Positions 1 through 11,059 of a DNA stretch of 64,000 nucleotides are shown piece by piece. Position numbers and translations under genes: made by a program. Numbering within the stretch: position 1 is the first letter of the stretch; each line of letters opens with the position of its first letter. Origin of the DNA: Heterodontus francisci (taxonomy: Eukaryota); the NCBI RefSeq assembly GCF_036365525.1, contig NC_090415.1:8680001-8744000 (forward strand), written 5' to 3'. The notes under the pieces were generated by a model. It had not been told where the DNA came from. It saw only the letters and a program-made list of their open reading frames with translations, and ran no database searches.

Positions 1-2248
1 GTTGAGCCTAGGTAGGTGAACTCTTGAACCACTTCCAGAGCGTGGTCGCCAATATTGATGGATGGAGCATTTCTGACATCCTGCCCCATGATGTTCGTTT
101 TCTTGAGGCTGATGGTTAGGCCAAATTCATTGCAGGCAGACGCAAACCTGTCGATGAGACTCTGCAGGCATTCTTCAGTGTGAGATGTTAAAGCAGCATC
201 GTCAGCAAAGAGGAGTTCTCTGATGAGGACTTTCCGTACTTTGGACTTCGCTCTTAGACGGGCAAAGTTGAACAACCTGCCCCCTGATCTTGTGTGGAGG
301 AAAATTCCTTCTTCAGAGGATTTGAACGCATGTGAAAGCAGCAGGGAGAAGAAAATCCCAAAAAGTGTGGGTGCGAGAACACAGCCCTGTTTCACACCAC
401 TCAGGATAGGAAAGGGCTCTGATGAGGAGCCACCATGTTGAATTGTGCCTTTCATATTGTCATGGAATGAGGTGATGATACTTAGTAGCTTTGGTGGACA
501 TCCGATCTTTTCTAGTAGTCTGAAGAGACCACGTCTGCTGACGAGGTCAAAGGCTTTGGTGAGATCAATGAAAGCAATGTAGAGGGGCATCTGTTGTTCA
601 CGGCATTTCTCCTGTATCTGACGAAGGGAGAACAGCATGTCAATGGTCGATCTCTCTGCACGAAAGCCACACTGTGCCTCAGGGTAGATGCGCTCGGCCA
701 GCTTCTGGAGCCTGTTCAGAGCGACTCGAGCAAAGACTTTCCCCACTATGCTGAGCAGGGAGATTCCACGGTAGTTGTTGCAGTCACCGCGGTCACCTTT
801 GTTTTTATAGAGGGTGATGATGTTGGCATCGCGCATGTCCTGGGGTACTGCTCCCTCGTCCCAGCACAGGCATAGCAGTTCATGTAGTGCTGAGAGTATA
901 GCAGGCTTGGCACTCTTGATTATTTCAGGGGTAATGCTGTCCTTCCCAGGGGCTTTTCCGCTGGCTAGAGAATCAATGGCATCACTGAGTTCCGATTTGG
1001 TTGGCTATATGTCCAGCTCATCCATGACTGGTAGAGGCTGGGCTGCATTGAGGGCAGTCTCAGTGACAGCATTCTCCCTGGAGTACAGTTCTAGGTAGTG
1101 CTCAACCCAGCGGTCCATCTGTTTGCGTTGGTCAGTGATTATGTCCCCCGATTTAGATTTGAGGGGGGGGCGATCTTCTTGATGGTTGGCCCAAGAGCTC
1201 TCTTCATGCCATCATACATTCCTCTGATGTTTCCGGTGTCTGAGGCCAGCTGAATATGACTGCATAGGTGTTGCCAGTAGTCGTTTGCGCAACGCCTAGC
1301 TGTTCTTTGTGCAGTACTTCTGGCTGCTTTAAGTGCTGCGGATGTTAAATCACTGGGGGCTTTCTTGTAGTTCAACAGTGCAATGCGCTTAGCGGCTATG
1401 ACAGGTTCCAGCTCTTCATTATGAGATTGAAACCAGTCTGCATTTCTCTTCGCACTTTTGCCGTAGGTGGTCAAAGCTGACTCATAGATGGCGTCTCTGA
1501 TGTGGGCCCACTTGGTCTCAGCATCCCCTGTGGGAGTGTTTTGAAGGGCTGTTACAAGTGAATTTAGAAATTTTTGTAACAGCTGTGGGTGAGAAATTCT
1601 GCTCGTGTTGATGCGCGGGTGGCCCTTCTGCTTGGAATGATGCAACTTCTTTGGTCTGAGTCTAACCTTGCTGCACACCAGGGAGTGGTCGGTGTCACAG
1701 TCTGCACTGTGGAAGCTGCGTGTGATTTGAACACTGTTTAAGGTGGGTCGCCTTGTGACAATGAGGTCTAGCTGGTGCCAACTACGTGATCTTGGGTGCC
1801 TCCATGAAACCTGGTGACAGGGTTTAGTGTGAAAGAACGAGTTGGTGATGCAGAGGTTATGATAGGTACACAACTCAAGCAGTCTCTGCCCGTTCTCATT
1901 CATCCTTCCAATGCCATAGCGCCCAAGGCAGGAGGGCCATGAGTCATGGTCGGCCCCAACCCTGGCATTAAAGTCCCCCAGCAGGAATAGGTATTCGGTG
2001 TTGGGGATGCTGCTAATGATGTTATGGAGTTGTTCATAGAACTGGTCTTTAGCTTCATGTGCGGAGCAGAGTGTTGGAGCATAGATGCTGAGTAGGTGTA
2101 CTGGACCAGAGGTGGTGAGCAGTCGGATGGACAGTATGCGTTCTGAGCCATTTGAGGGAGGCTCTATCATGCTGAGCAAGGAGTTTCTGATGGCGAAGCC
2201 CACTCCATGCTGTCTTGGTTCTTCAGGATCCCTGCCCTGACAGAAGAA
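1..2248 (-). mobile_element. RTE-clade (BovB-like) LINE, 5'-truncated; APE endonuclease and RT, runs off the window start
   Basis: ORF 1139..2311 has APE motifs (HGVGFAI, SIYAPT, LLGDFNARVG, DTDHSLV). RT continues to the left after a frameshift at the G-run near 1165. Closely similar to the copy at 44.9-48.2 kb. Confidence 0.92.
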
Positions 2249-2469
2249 GAGAAAAAAAATAGTGTTAATAAAAGAAACGTTTCCAAATGTCACCCCAGAT
2301 TCTTTTGCCAATCCCTTTAAATCTGTGCACTCTGGTTACCGGAAATTGTGTCACCAGAAACAGTTTTTCCTTAGTTTCTTTATTCAATCCACGCATGTTT
2401 TGGATACATCAATTAAATCCTGGGTCCCACATCATGGCTCCGTCCCAGTAATTCGAAGCTTTTAGATCA

Positions 2470-3600
2470 TAGAAATCTAGAATCATAGAAAAGCACAGCG
2501 CGCAAGTGGGCCACGTGTCAAGTATCCTGAGTGAAAATTATCCCCATGAATCACGTCTAAATTTCTACTTCTGAACTAAATCTATGCCACCTAGTTATGC
2601 ACCTCTCAACAAAGAGGAATGGGCTCTTCCTATCCACTAAATCTAGACTCCTTATAATTTTCCCACTTCAATTAGGACGTCCCGCAACCCACTCTGTTCC
2701 AAAGAAAACAAGCCCAGCCTATCCAATCTTTTCTCATAACTAAACCTCTCCTGTCCAGGCAACATCCTCGTAAATCCCCTCTGTACGCTCTCTAGTGCAA
2801 TCACATATTTCCTATTGTATAGTGACCAGAACTGCATGCAGTGCTCCAGATGTGGTCTAACTAGCGTTTTATACAGTTCCAGCATAACCTCTCAGCTCCT
2901 ATATTCTATGGCTCGGCTAATAAAAACAATTATCCCATCTGCCTTCTTGGCAACCTTATCTACCTGCACAGCAACTTTCAGAGATCTGTGGACAAGCCGT
3001 CCAACGTCTCTCTGTTTCTCTACAAATCTTTAAGGGCATTTAAGTGGTCATTGGATAGACATATGGATGAAAATGGAATACTGTATGGATGGTTTCACAG
3101 ATCGGCGCAACATCGAGGGCCGAAGGGCCTGTACTGCGCTGTAATGTTCTAATTCTAATTCTCAGTATCCCACCATTGATTTTACATTCCCTTCCCTTCT
3201 TAGCCTTCCCTAAATGCATTATGCACAGGTCTACGGATTGCACTCCCTTTTTCACTGTTCAACCCACCTGACTAGCCCATTGACTTCTTCCTGTAGTCTA
3301 CCTTGTCTGCAAACAGCGTGATCATAGCCGAAGGCATAGACGGATATGGAAATAATGCAGGCAGGTGGGATTAGTATAGATAAATGGTCGGCATGGACGC
3401 GGTGGGCCGAAGGGCCTGTTTCCATGCTGTAGGACTCTATAAGTCCAAATTCAAGTCCAAGTCATTGATATATGCCACAGAGAGCAACGGGCCCTGCGGA
3501 GCCCTCTGGAAACAGTCTTCCAGTCACAAAAACAGCTATCGACCCTTACAATTTGCTTCCTGCCCCGAAGCCAATTTAAAATGGAACTTGCCAGTTTGCC
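2470..3600. mobile_element. Nested CR1 LINE fragments: minus-strand RT C-terminus with two plus-strand CR1 3' tails (about 3033-3162 and 3335-3445)
   Basis: LYKTLVRPHLEHCMQFWS motif; GGCCGAAGGGCCTGT tail motif. Confidence 0.8.
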
Positions 3601-3760
3601 TTGCCTTTTGTTTTTTTTTCTTGCAAGGATAGAAATAATATGAAGAATATCAAGTGAGGGTGATAAAAGTTCGTAGTGGGTGGTGGCATATTTCAAGCAA
3701 AAATCTTTAGTTTTTTTTTCTGTCATGGAGCGCTCTTCGTGCAACTATATCAGGTTAGCG

Positions 3761-4222
3761 GTTCTGCAGTGTCCCCTGCTGACGAGATGTAATTGTAGCC
3801 GGACTGCAGCGCCCGCTGCTGCCACTGTATCGGTTTAGCAGTCTCGCAGCGCCCCCTGGTGACGCTATGTCAGCTTAGCAGTCTCGCAGCGCCCCCTGGT
3901 GACGCTGTGTCAGTTTAGCGTTCTCGCAGCGCCCCCTGGTGACGCTGTGTCAGTTTAGCGTTCTCGCAGCGCCCCCTGGTGACGCTGTGTCAGTTTAGCA
4001 GTCTCGCAGCGCCCCCTGGTGACGCTATGTCAGTTTAGCAGTCTCGCAGCGCCCCCTGGTGACGCTATGTCAGTTTAGCGTTCTTGCAGCGCTCCCAGGT
4101 GACGCTTTGTCAGTGCAACGGTCATCGACCATCGCCCGGTGACGCTACGTCAGTTTAGTTGTCCTGGGGCGTCCTCTGGTGAATCTATGCCAGTTGAGCT
4201 TCCGTGCAGTGCCCCTTGGTGA
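3761..4222. repeat. 40-bp tandem repeat, about 12 units (6 near-identical), each carrying a CTCF-like motif
   Basis: Unit GTCTCGCAGCGCCCCCTGGTGACGCTATGTCAGTTTAGCA starts at 3841, 3881, 3921, 3961, 4001 and 4041. Degenerate in-phase units at 3761, 3801 and 4081-4201. Confidence 0.95.
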
Positions 4223-4749
4223 GGTTGATCCCAGAAGTGCTGCGAGTGAGGATATTATAGCTCCAGTCAATGTCACGTCCTTCAAAGTAACCAAAACGCA
4301 CTGGAATTTGCTTTCTTTTGTTATTTGATGTGTTCCATTCATAGCCTATTTGACTTACAAAACTATGCCTATTGACTGCGTTAGACATCTGTTTTATTCT
4401 GCCTCCCTTGAGTTTATAGTGTCACCCAAACATGGCTAACTGCCTGACAGACAAACATGCCCCAAAGCATGACATACAAACATTTTCGACGACATGTCAC
4501 TCAAATGCGGCCGGTGTCACGTCACACAAACATTGTCCGACGCCTGTCACAAACTGCAGCTTGATGTCACACAGACGGCAGACCGACGTCACTCAGACTG
4601 CATGGTGACACGAGGGGGTCATGGGAGTGGGGCAGTGGCAAAACCAGAACGGAATACCTAAAATAAAAACAACGTTTAGAAAAAAAGTGCCCACTTTTTC
4701 CAGAGCCCAATGCTCGAATCAGGTATCTGCCGCTGCCACAGTACCAAAG

Positions 4750-5150
4750 TGCCTGTTGTGAAAGTCACAAATATTATCCCATGTGACTGTGTTTTCAAAT
4801 CCCTCCAACAGCTGAGCCCTCCCTACCTCTGAAATCTCCTCTAACCACAAAGAAAAAAAGAGCTGTGTTCCTTTAATTCTGGCCTGTTGAGCATCACCGA
4901 TTTTAATCGCTCCATCATTGGGGGCCATGCTGTCTGGTGCCAAATTCCAAAGATCTGGTATTCCTTCCCCAAACCTCCAGACCTCTCTACCATGCTTTCT
5001 TCCTTATTGATGCTCCTTAAAGCCTTCTCCTTTGACCCCAAGCACTCGTCCATCCGCGCTAAGATTCCCTTTTTTTCTTCGGTGTCATCTATTTGTTCGC
5101 AAATCTTCTATGACACGCCTTTGGATATTTTATGATAAAAGTTCTAAATA
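4750..5150 (+). mobile_element. Old L2-type LINE 3' fragment
   Basis: Resembles an L2 3' end (ccatcattgg...tctggtattccttccccaaacc...ctccttaaagcc...ctttgacc). Confidence 0.55.
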
Positions 5151-5452
5151 AAAATCGGTTGCGTTTGTTGTTTATAAAATAAGACTGATTGCGTGAAGGG
5201 AAGAATTGAGCCATGTACCTGTGCAACAGTGAGACTGAGTACAAAGGGAGATAGAAAGAGAAGCCGACACAGGCAAATAGATAAAGCTGTGGCTGGTCTG
5301 TCAATGATACACAACGGGCTGAGCGAGATATAGGTGAGAATGAGGACATAGACGGATGCAAAAAGAAACAAACAGGAGGAGAAAGATAAAGGTGTCCATT
5401 GATTAAAAAAAAATAAAGTCACAGAAAAGGAACAGTTTAAAAAGGGTTGTAC

Positions 5453-6140
5453 TTCCATAGATCACTGAAGGCTGCAGCACAGGTAGATAAGGTGGTTAGG
5501 AAGACATATGGGATGCTTGCCTTTATTAGCCGAGGCATAGAATATAAGAGCAGGGAGATTATGATGGAGCTGTATAAAATGCTAGTTAGGCCACAGCTGG
5601 AGTACTGTGTACAGTTCTGGGCACCACACTATAGGAAGGATGTGATTGCACTGGAGAGGGTGCAGAGGGGATTCACCAGGATGTTGCCTGGGCTGGAGCA
5701 TTTCAGCTATGAAGAGAGACTGAAAAGGCTGGAGTTGTTTTCCTTAGAGCAGAGAAGGCTGAGGGGGGACCTGATTGAGGTATACAATATTATGAGGGGC
5801 ATGGATAGATTAGATAGGAAGAAACTTTTTCCCTTAGCAGAGGGCTCACTAACCAGGGGGCATAGATTTAAGGCAGGGGGCAGGAGAATTACAGGGGATT
5901 TGGGGGGGAAAAAAATCACCCAGAGGGTAGTTGGAATCTGGAACGCACTGCATGAAGAGGTGGCAGAGGGAGGCACCATCACAACAATTAAGAAGTATTT
6001 AGATGAGCACTTGAAACACCATCGCACACAAGGCTGTGGGCCAAGTGCTGGAGAATGGGATTAGGATAGGTAGGTGCTTGATGGCCGGCACAGACACGAT
6101 GGGCTGAAGGGCCTGTTTCTGCACTGTATGTCTCTATGAT
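5453..6140 (+). mobile_element. CR1 LINE 3' fragment
   Basis: ORF 5447..6064 (LVRPQLEYCVQFWAPHY, RRLRGDLIEVY) plus a CR1 3' tail. Confidence 0.93.
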
Positions 6141-6834
6141 AATTGCCTCTTTAGGGTTCCCCGTGAATCTATACCGTGGGGTAAAAAGAATCTGCACTGT
6201 TCTTTGTACTACACATGAACAATGGGGGTGGGCGGTGGTGGTTGATTAAACGCAGCCTGACTGGGGTAGCATAGCTCACATAGACACCTAGCGAGAGCGT
6301 GAAGCTCAGGGACATACACAGACTGCAGCGTATCACCAGGGCACAAGGGAATGGTGGTATCTGAAGTTACAGGTTTTAGCAAGGTACAAGTCAAGATGAG
6401 TGAGGCCCCACAGTGGATCAGCCCAGCGTCTGTGTGCTTTGTGAACGCTAGCAAACAGAGGGAGGTATAGAAGTTTGAGACTGAGATCGATGACAAAGAG
6501 GAACAGATGCAGATCTGAGCAATGACCCTGAACTAGTGAGTAATTCTCCCCACAGTGGAGCAGTCCTAGCCCTGTCTGCCATCAGTGCTTAAAGATCTGA
6601 ACAACATTGTTGTGCAGGTGAATGATCCCTTTACTCCTTGCCCCCAATCACCGACAGTGGAGCAGCCCTGTGCCTGGCTGTATACTTCGCAAGAGCTGGC
6701 GAGGAGATAGCAAAAATATTGGCACAGCGTTTGTTGTAAAGAGGAACACCAAAAAAATGAGAACAATAAAGGTGTGATTGAATATAGGGAGAGATAGAGA
6801 GCTAAACCAATGCAGAGTGGCAGATAAAACTGAG

Positions 6835-7332
6835 GTTTTTTTTATTCGTTCATGGGATGTGGGTGTTGCTGGCGAGGCCAGCATTTATTGCCCATCCATA
6901 ATTGCCCTTGAGAAGGTGGTGGTGAGCTGCCTTCTTGAATCACTGCTTTCCATAAGGTGTAGATATAACCACAGTGCAGTTAGGAAAGGATTTCCAGGAT
7001 TTTGACCCAACGACAGTGAAGGAACGGCGATATAGTTCCATGTCAGGATGGTGTGTGGCCTCGAGGGGAACTTGCAGGTGGTGCTGTTCCCACGCATCTG
7101 CTGCCCTTGCCCTTCTAGGTGGTAGAGGTCACGGGTTTGGGAGGTGCTGTCTAAGGAGCCTTGGTGCATTGTTGAAGTGCATCTTATAGATGGTATACAC
7201 TGCTGCCACTGTGAATCGGTCGTGAATGGAGTGAATGCTTGTAGATGGGGTGCCAATCAAGTGGTCTGCTTTGCCCTATATGGTGTCGAGCTTCTTGAGT
7301 GTTGTTGGAGTTTCACTCTTCCAGGCAAGTAG
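6835..7332 (-). mobile_element. 3' fragment of a third LINE family (CR1/L2 group)
   Basis: Near-identical to the 3' end of the element at 27.8-31.0 kb. Confidence 0.85.
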
Positions 7333-8189
7333 TGAGCGACACACAACAGCAGGATATAAATACAGGTGAGGCTGTGTACATGCTGTGATACAGAATGAAA
7401 TGCACAAGAGGGCGATAAATAAAGAGTACTTATAACACAGAGTACTTACAACGTGTAAAAGTCACAGGGTGGGAACAGTTTATTAAGGTTTGCGCTGCCT
7501 ATTCCCGCATTAGAATGATCCCTGAACCAGGCAGTGTTGTAAATGGATCTGCATTCTTCTGTGTAATACAAATGGACAGTAAGAGAGCTGATTACTCAAT
7601 GGCTGACTGAGCTTGAGTGACTTACATGGTGACAGAATGCGAGAGTCTAATATCATCTCAAGATCACAAATACAGGCTGCAGGGTCTCACTGGGAGTGGG
7701 GAAATCTGGGGGTTTTAAAGGGGTATGTGAGAGATGAGGAGAAACCAACAGAACAGTTTGGGGAGGGAGGGTCATTAGAAAGAGAGTTTTAAAATAAAAC
7801 AGATGGGTAACAAATAAAGTAAAAACAAACTGTGCATTAAAATCAAACAAATAAATTTATGAAATAGGACAATTCAAGTGATTGAATGAAATGGAAATAT
7901 GAGCAATGTCCCTGTATAGGTAAGTGAGGCACCCCAGGATCTATCAGCCAATATGTACCCAATGGTTAACGACCTGAGCAATGTATCTTGCAGGTGAGTG
8001 AAGCCCCCTAGAGTGGATCAGCCCAGCACCTGTCTTTACAATTTTCCAGAGCTATGCAACAGAGGGAGAATGCTGAAGGTGTGGTTGAATACAGGGAGTG
8101 ACACAGGGAGAAACCAGTAGAGAGAGGGAGATAAATGCATGTGCTTATGTCACTGAAAAAGCAAGTCTGTGCAGATTGCTTTCCCCTAC

Positions 8190-8952
8190 ACAGAATCGTT
8201 ACAATGCAGAAAGAGGCCATTCGGCCCATCATGTCCGCACTGGCTCTCTGAAATAGCAGTTTCCTCAGTTCCATTCCCCCAACTTATTCCCTATAACCCT
8301 GTACATCCTTCCTTTTCATATAACTGTCTAATTGCCTTTCGAATGCTTCACCTGCCTCCACCATACTTTCAGGCAAAGCATTCCAGACCTTAACCACTCG
8401 CTGCGTGAAAAAGTTTTCCTCATGTCACTTTTGCTTATCTTACCAAATATTTTCTATCTGTGCCATTTCATTCTCGATCCTTTCACCAGTGAGAACAGGT
8501 TCTCTCTATCTACTCTGTCCAGACCCCTCATGATTTTGAATACCTCTATCAAATCACCTCTCAGCCTTCTCTTCTCCAAGGAAAACAGTCCTAATTTCTC
8601 CAGTCTATCTACATAACTGAAGATCTTCATTCCTGGAACCAGTCTCGTGAATCTTTTCTGTACTCTCTCCAATGCCCTCATGTCTTTCCGAAAGTGCGGT
8701 GTCCAAAACTGGATGCAATACTCCAGCTAAGGCCAAATTAGTGTCTTATACAACTTCAACATAACTTCCTTGCTCTTGTACTCTATGGCCCTATTAATAA
8801 AGCCCAAAATACCCTATGCTTTATTAACCGCTCTCTCAACCTGTCCTTCTGCCTTCAATGACGTATATACATATACAGCTAGGTCCCTCTACTCCTATAC
8901 CCCCATTAGAATTGTACCCTTTATTTTATATTGTTTCTCCATGTTCTTTCTA
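8190..8952 (-). mobile_element. CR1 LINE 3' fragment
   Basis: ALERVQKRFTRLVPG...RRLRGDLIEVFKIM. Confidence 0.9.
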
Positions 8953-9454
8953 ACCTTGGGATGACGCGTGAACTGTGCAGTGCGGTAAAGGAATCTGTAC
9001 AGTTATATGTAATTTAAATGTTCAGGAAAGAGCTGATTAAATGCAGCTTGACTGAGGTGTGGTGACTCACACGGATACCGAGTGAGAGAGTCTAATGCTC
9101 ACTGAAGCTCAGGGGCAAACACAGACGGCAGATTTCAGGTGGCACCAGAGTACATGGGAATGGGGGAATCTGGCAATTATAAAATGAATGGTGTAGGTGA
9201 GTTGAAGCAAACATAACAGATGAGGTGAGAGTCTAGGAAAGAGAGAGAAACAAATGGGTTTAGAATAAACAATGGAAATTAAGAAATAGGAAATGCATGT
9301 GATTGAATAACAGGAAGATCTGAGCAATGGCTCTGAACAGGTGATTAAGGTTCCCCATGGTGGATCTGTCCTGGCACTGTCTGCTGTCAGTGGTTAAAGA
9401 TCTGAGCAATTTTCGACTGCAGGTAAGTAACAGAGGATAAAGATAACATACAAA

Positions 9455-9605
9455 TTAGGAGCAGGAGTAGACCACTTGGCCCTTCGAGCCTGCCCCACCA
9501 TTCAATAAGTTCATGACTTAACTGATTACTCCACATTTCCACCTACCCCCGATAACCTTCCACCTCCTTACTTATCAAGAATTTATCTTCCTCTGCCTTA
9601 AAAAT
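9455..9605 (-). mobile_element. CR1 3' end
   Basis: Reverse complement of the CR1 3' UTR seen at 38750-38825 (ggagcaggagtag...ccattcaataag). Confidence 0.75.
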
Positions 9606-9835
9606 GAGAGTGTCATTGAGGACATTGAGCGATCCAGAGAGAAACCAACAGAGGAAGATAACTAAGAGTGTGAGTGAGTAAAGTGATACAGAGAGAAATC
9701 AATACAAGGAGAGAGATAAAGCTGTGATTAGGCAGACAGTGAGATACAAAAGAGGGAGTGAGATATCGGTGAGACAGTGGACACAGAGTGATACAGAGAA
9801 AAGAAATGAGAAACATTGACAAATCTGTGTATTTA

Positions 9836-10097
9836 TGGGTTTCCTCCGGGTGCTCCGGTTTCCTCCACAGCCAAAAGACTTGCAGGTTGATAGGTAAATT
9901 GGCCATTATACATTGCCCCTAGTATAGGTAGGTGGTAGAGGAATATAGGGACAGGCAAGGATGTGGTAGGAATATGGGATTAGTATAGGATTAGTACAAA
10001 TGGGTGGTTGATGGTCGGCACAGACTCAGTGGGCCGAAGGGCCTGTTTCAGTGCTGTATCTCTAAATCTAAATCTAAAATCTAAAACCTGAATCTAA
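9836..10097 (+). mobile_element. HE1/V-SINE-type SINE, 5'-truncated
   Basis: Body matches the full copies; CR1-derived tail ending in (CTAAA)n-like repeats. Confidence 0.9.
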
Positions 10098-11059
10098 AAA
10101 AAGTTACAGAAAGGGAACAGTTTCATAAGGGTTGCACTGACGATTCCCTTAGTCGAATCACACCCTGCACCCAACCAGTGCAGTGGGGGAAAAGGATCTG
10201 CACTGTTCTGTGTAATATAAATAAACAGTGAGTTATCCGATTAAACACAGCCTAAGTGAGGTCGTGTGACTAACATGGATACAGAATGAGAGAGTCTAAT
10301 ACTGAGTGAAGCTCAGTGCACACACACACACAGCAGACTACACACTGTCACCATTGACAGCATGTACAGCTCTGGCATTGTAAAGGGAATGGGAGAGATG
10401 TAACAAGCAGAAAAGATGAGGGGAAATCATCAGAAAATGAAAGTATAAATAAAACAGAGAGTAAGCAAAAAAGCAGGTTAAAATAAAACAAAATAATTGA
10501 AATAGGGCATTGCAACTGATTTAATAAAAAGGGAAATCTGAGCAATGTACAGCTAAATGAGGCTCCCCATGGTGGATCAGCACAGTGCCTCTTGGCACTC
10601 AATGGTTAAAGATCTGATCAATATAAGTGTGCATGTGAGTGCCACCCCCACACTCCCCCATGGCACATTGGTTCAATACCTGCTTATACTGAATGGGCAA
10701 CGGTTTGAGCAATGTACCTATGTCGGTAACCCTTGGTGAATCAGCTCCGTGCCTGCGTGTAACCAATTTGTACAGATCTATACAGTGCAGCTGTGCAGAT
10801 TAGTGAGGGCTCCCATGCTTGGTCAATTCAATTCCTGTCTGTACTTAATCGGTAAAAGATTAATCCCAGGTAACAGACCTTAAACCTGGATCCCAGCAGG
10901 AGAGTTGTCATAAAGCCTTAGATGCAACCATTGGTGACACTGCCACAGGGTAACATGTCCACAGTCACCACTGCACACCCTCCCCACCCCTCCCCCAGAT
11001 ACAGATAGACACATCTTCGAATCTCTCACCCCTGGGGGCTAGGACGAACTTCCTCACAC

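Larger units (their letters stand above)
5210..10870. repeat. Ancient degenerate tandem duplication: four copies of a several-hundred-bp unit with nested ~80-bp subrepeats, interrupted by TEs
   Basis: Aligned blocks recur: ggaacagttt...aagg(g/t)ttg at ~5430/7470/10115; a(a/g)gatctgcactgttc at ~6190/7545/8990/10195; gagagtctaat; gatctgagcaatg...ccatggtggatc...aatggttaa. Confidence 0.75.

Noticed and set aside
3841-4080. CRISPR array
   Set aside because: Units repeat end to end with no unique spacers, no cas genes, and the context is vertebrate.
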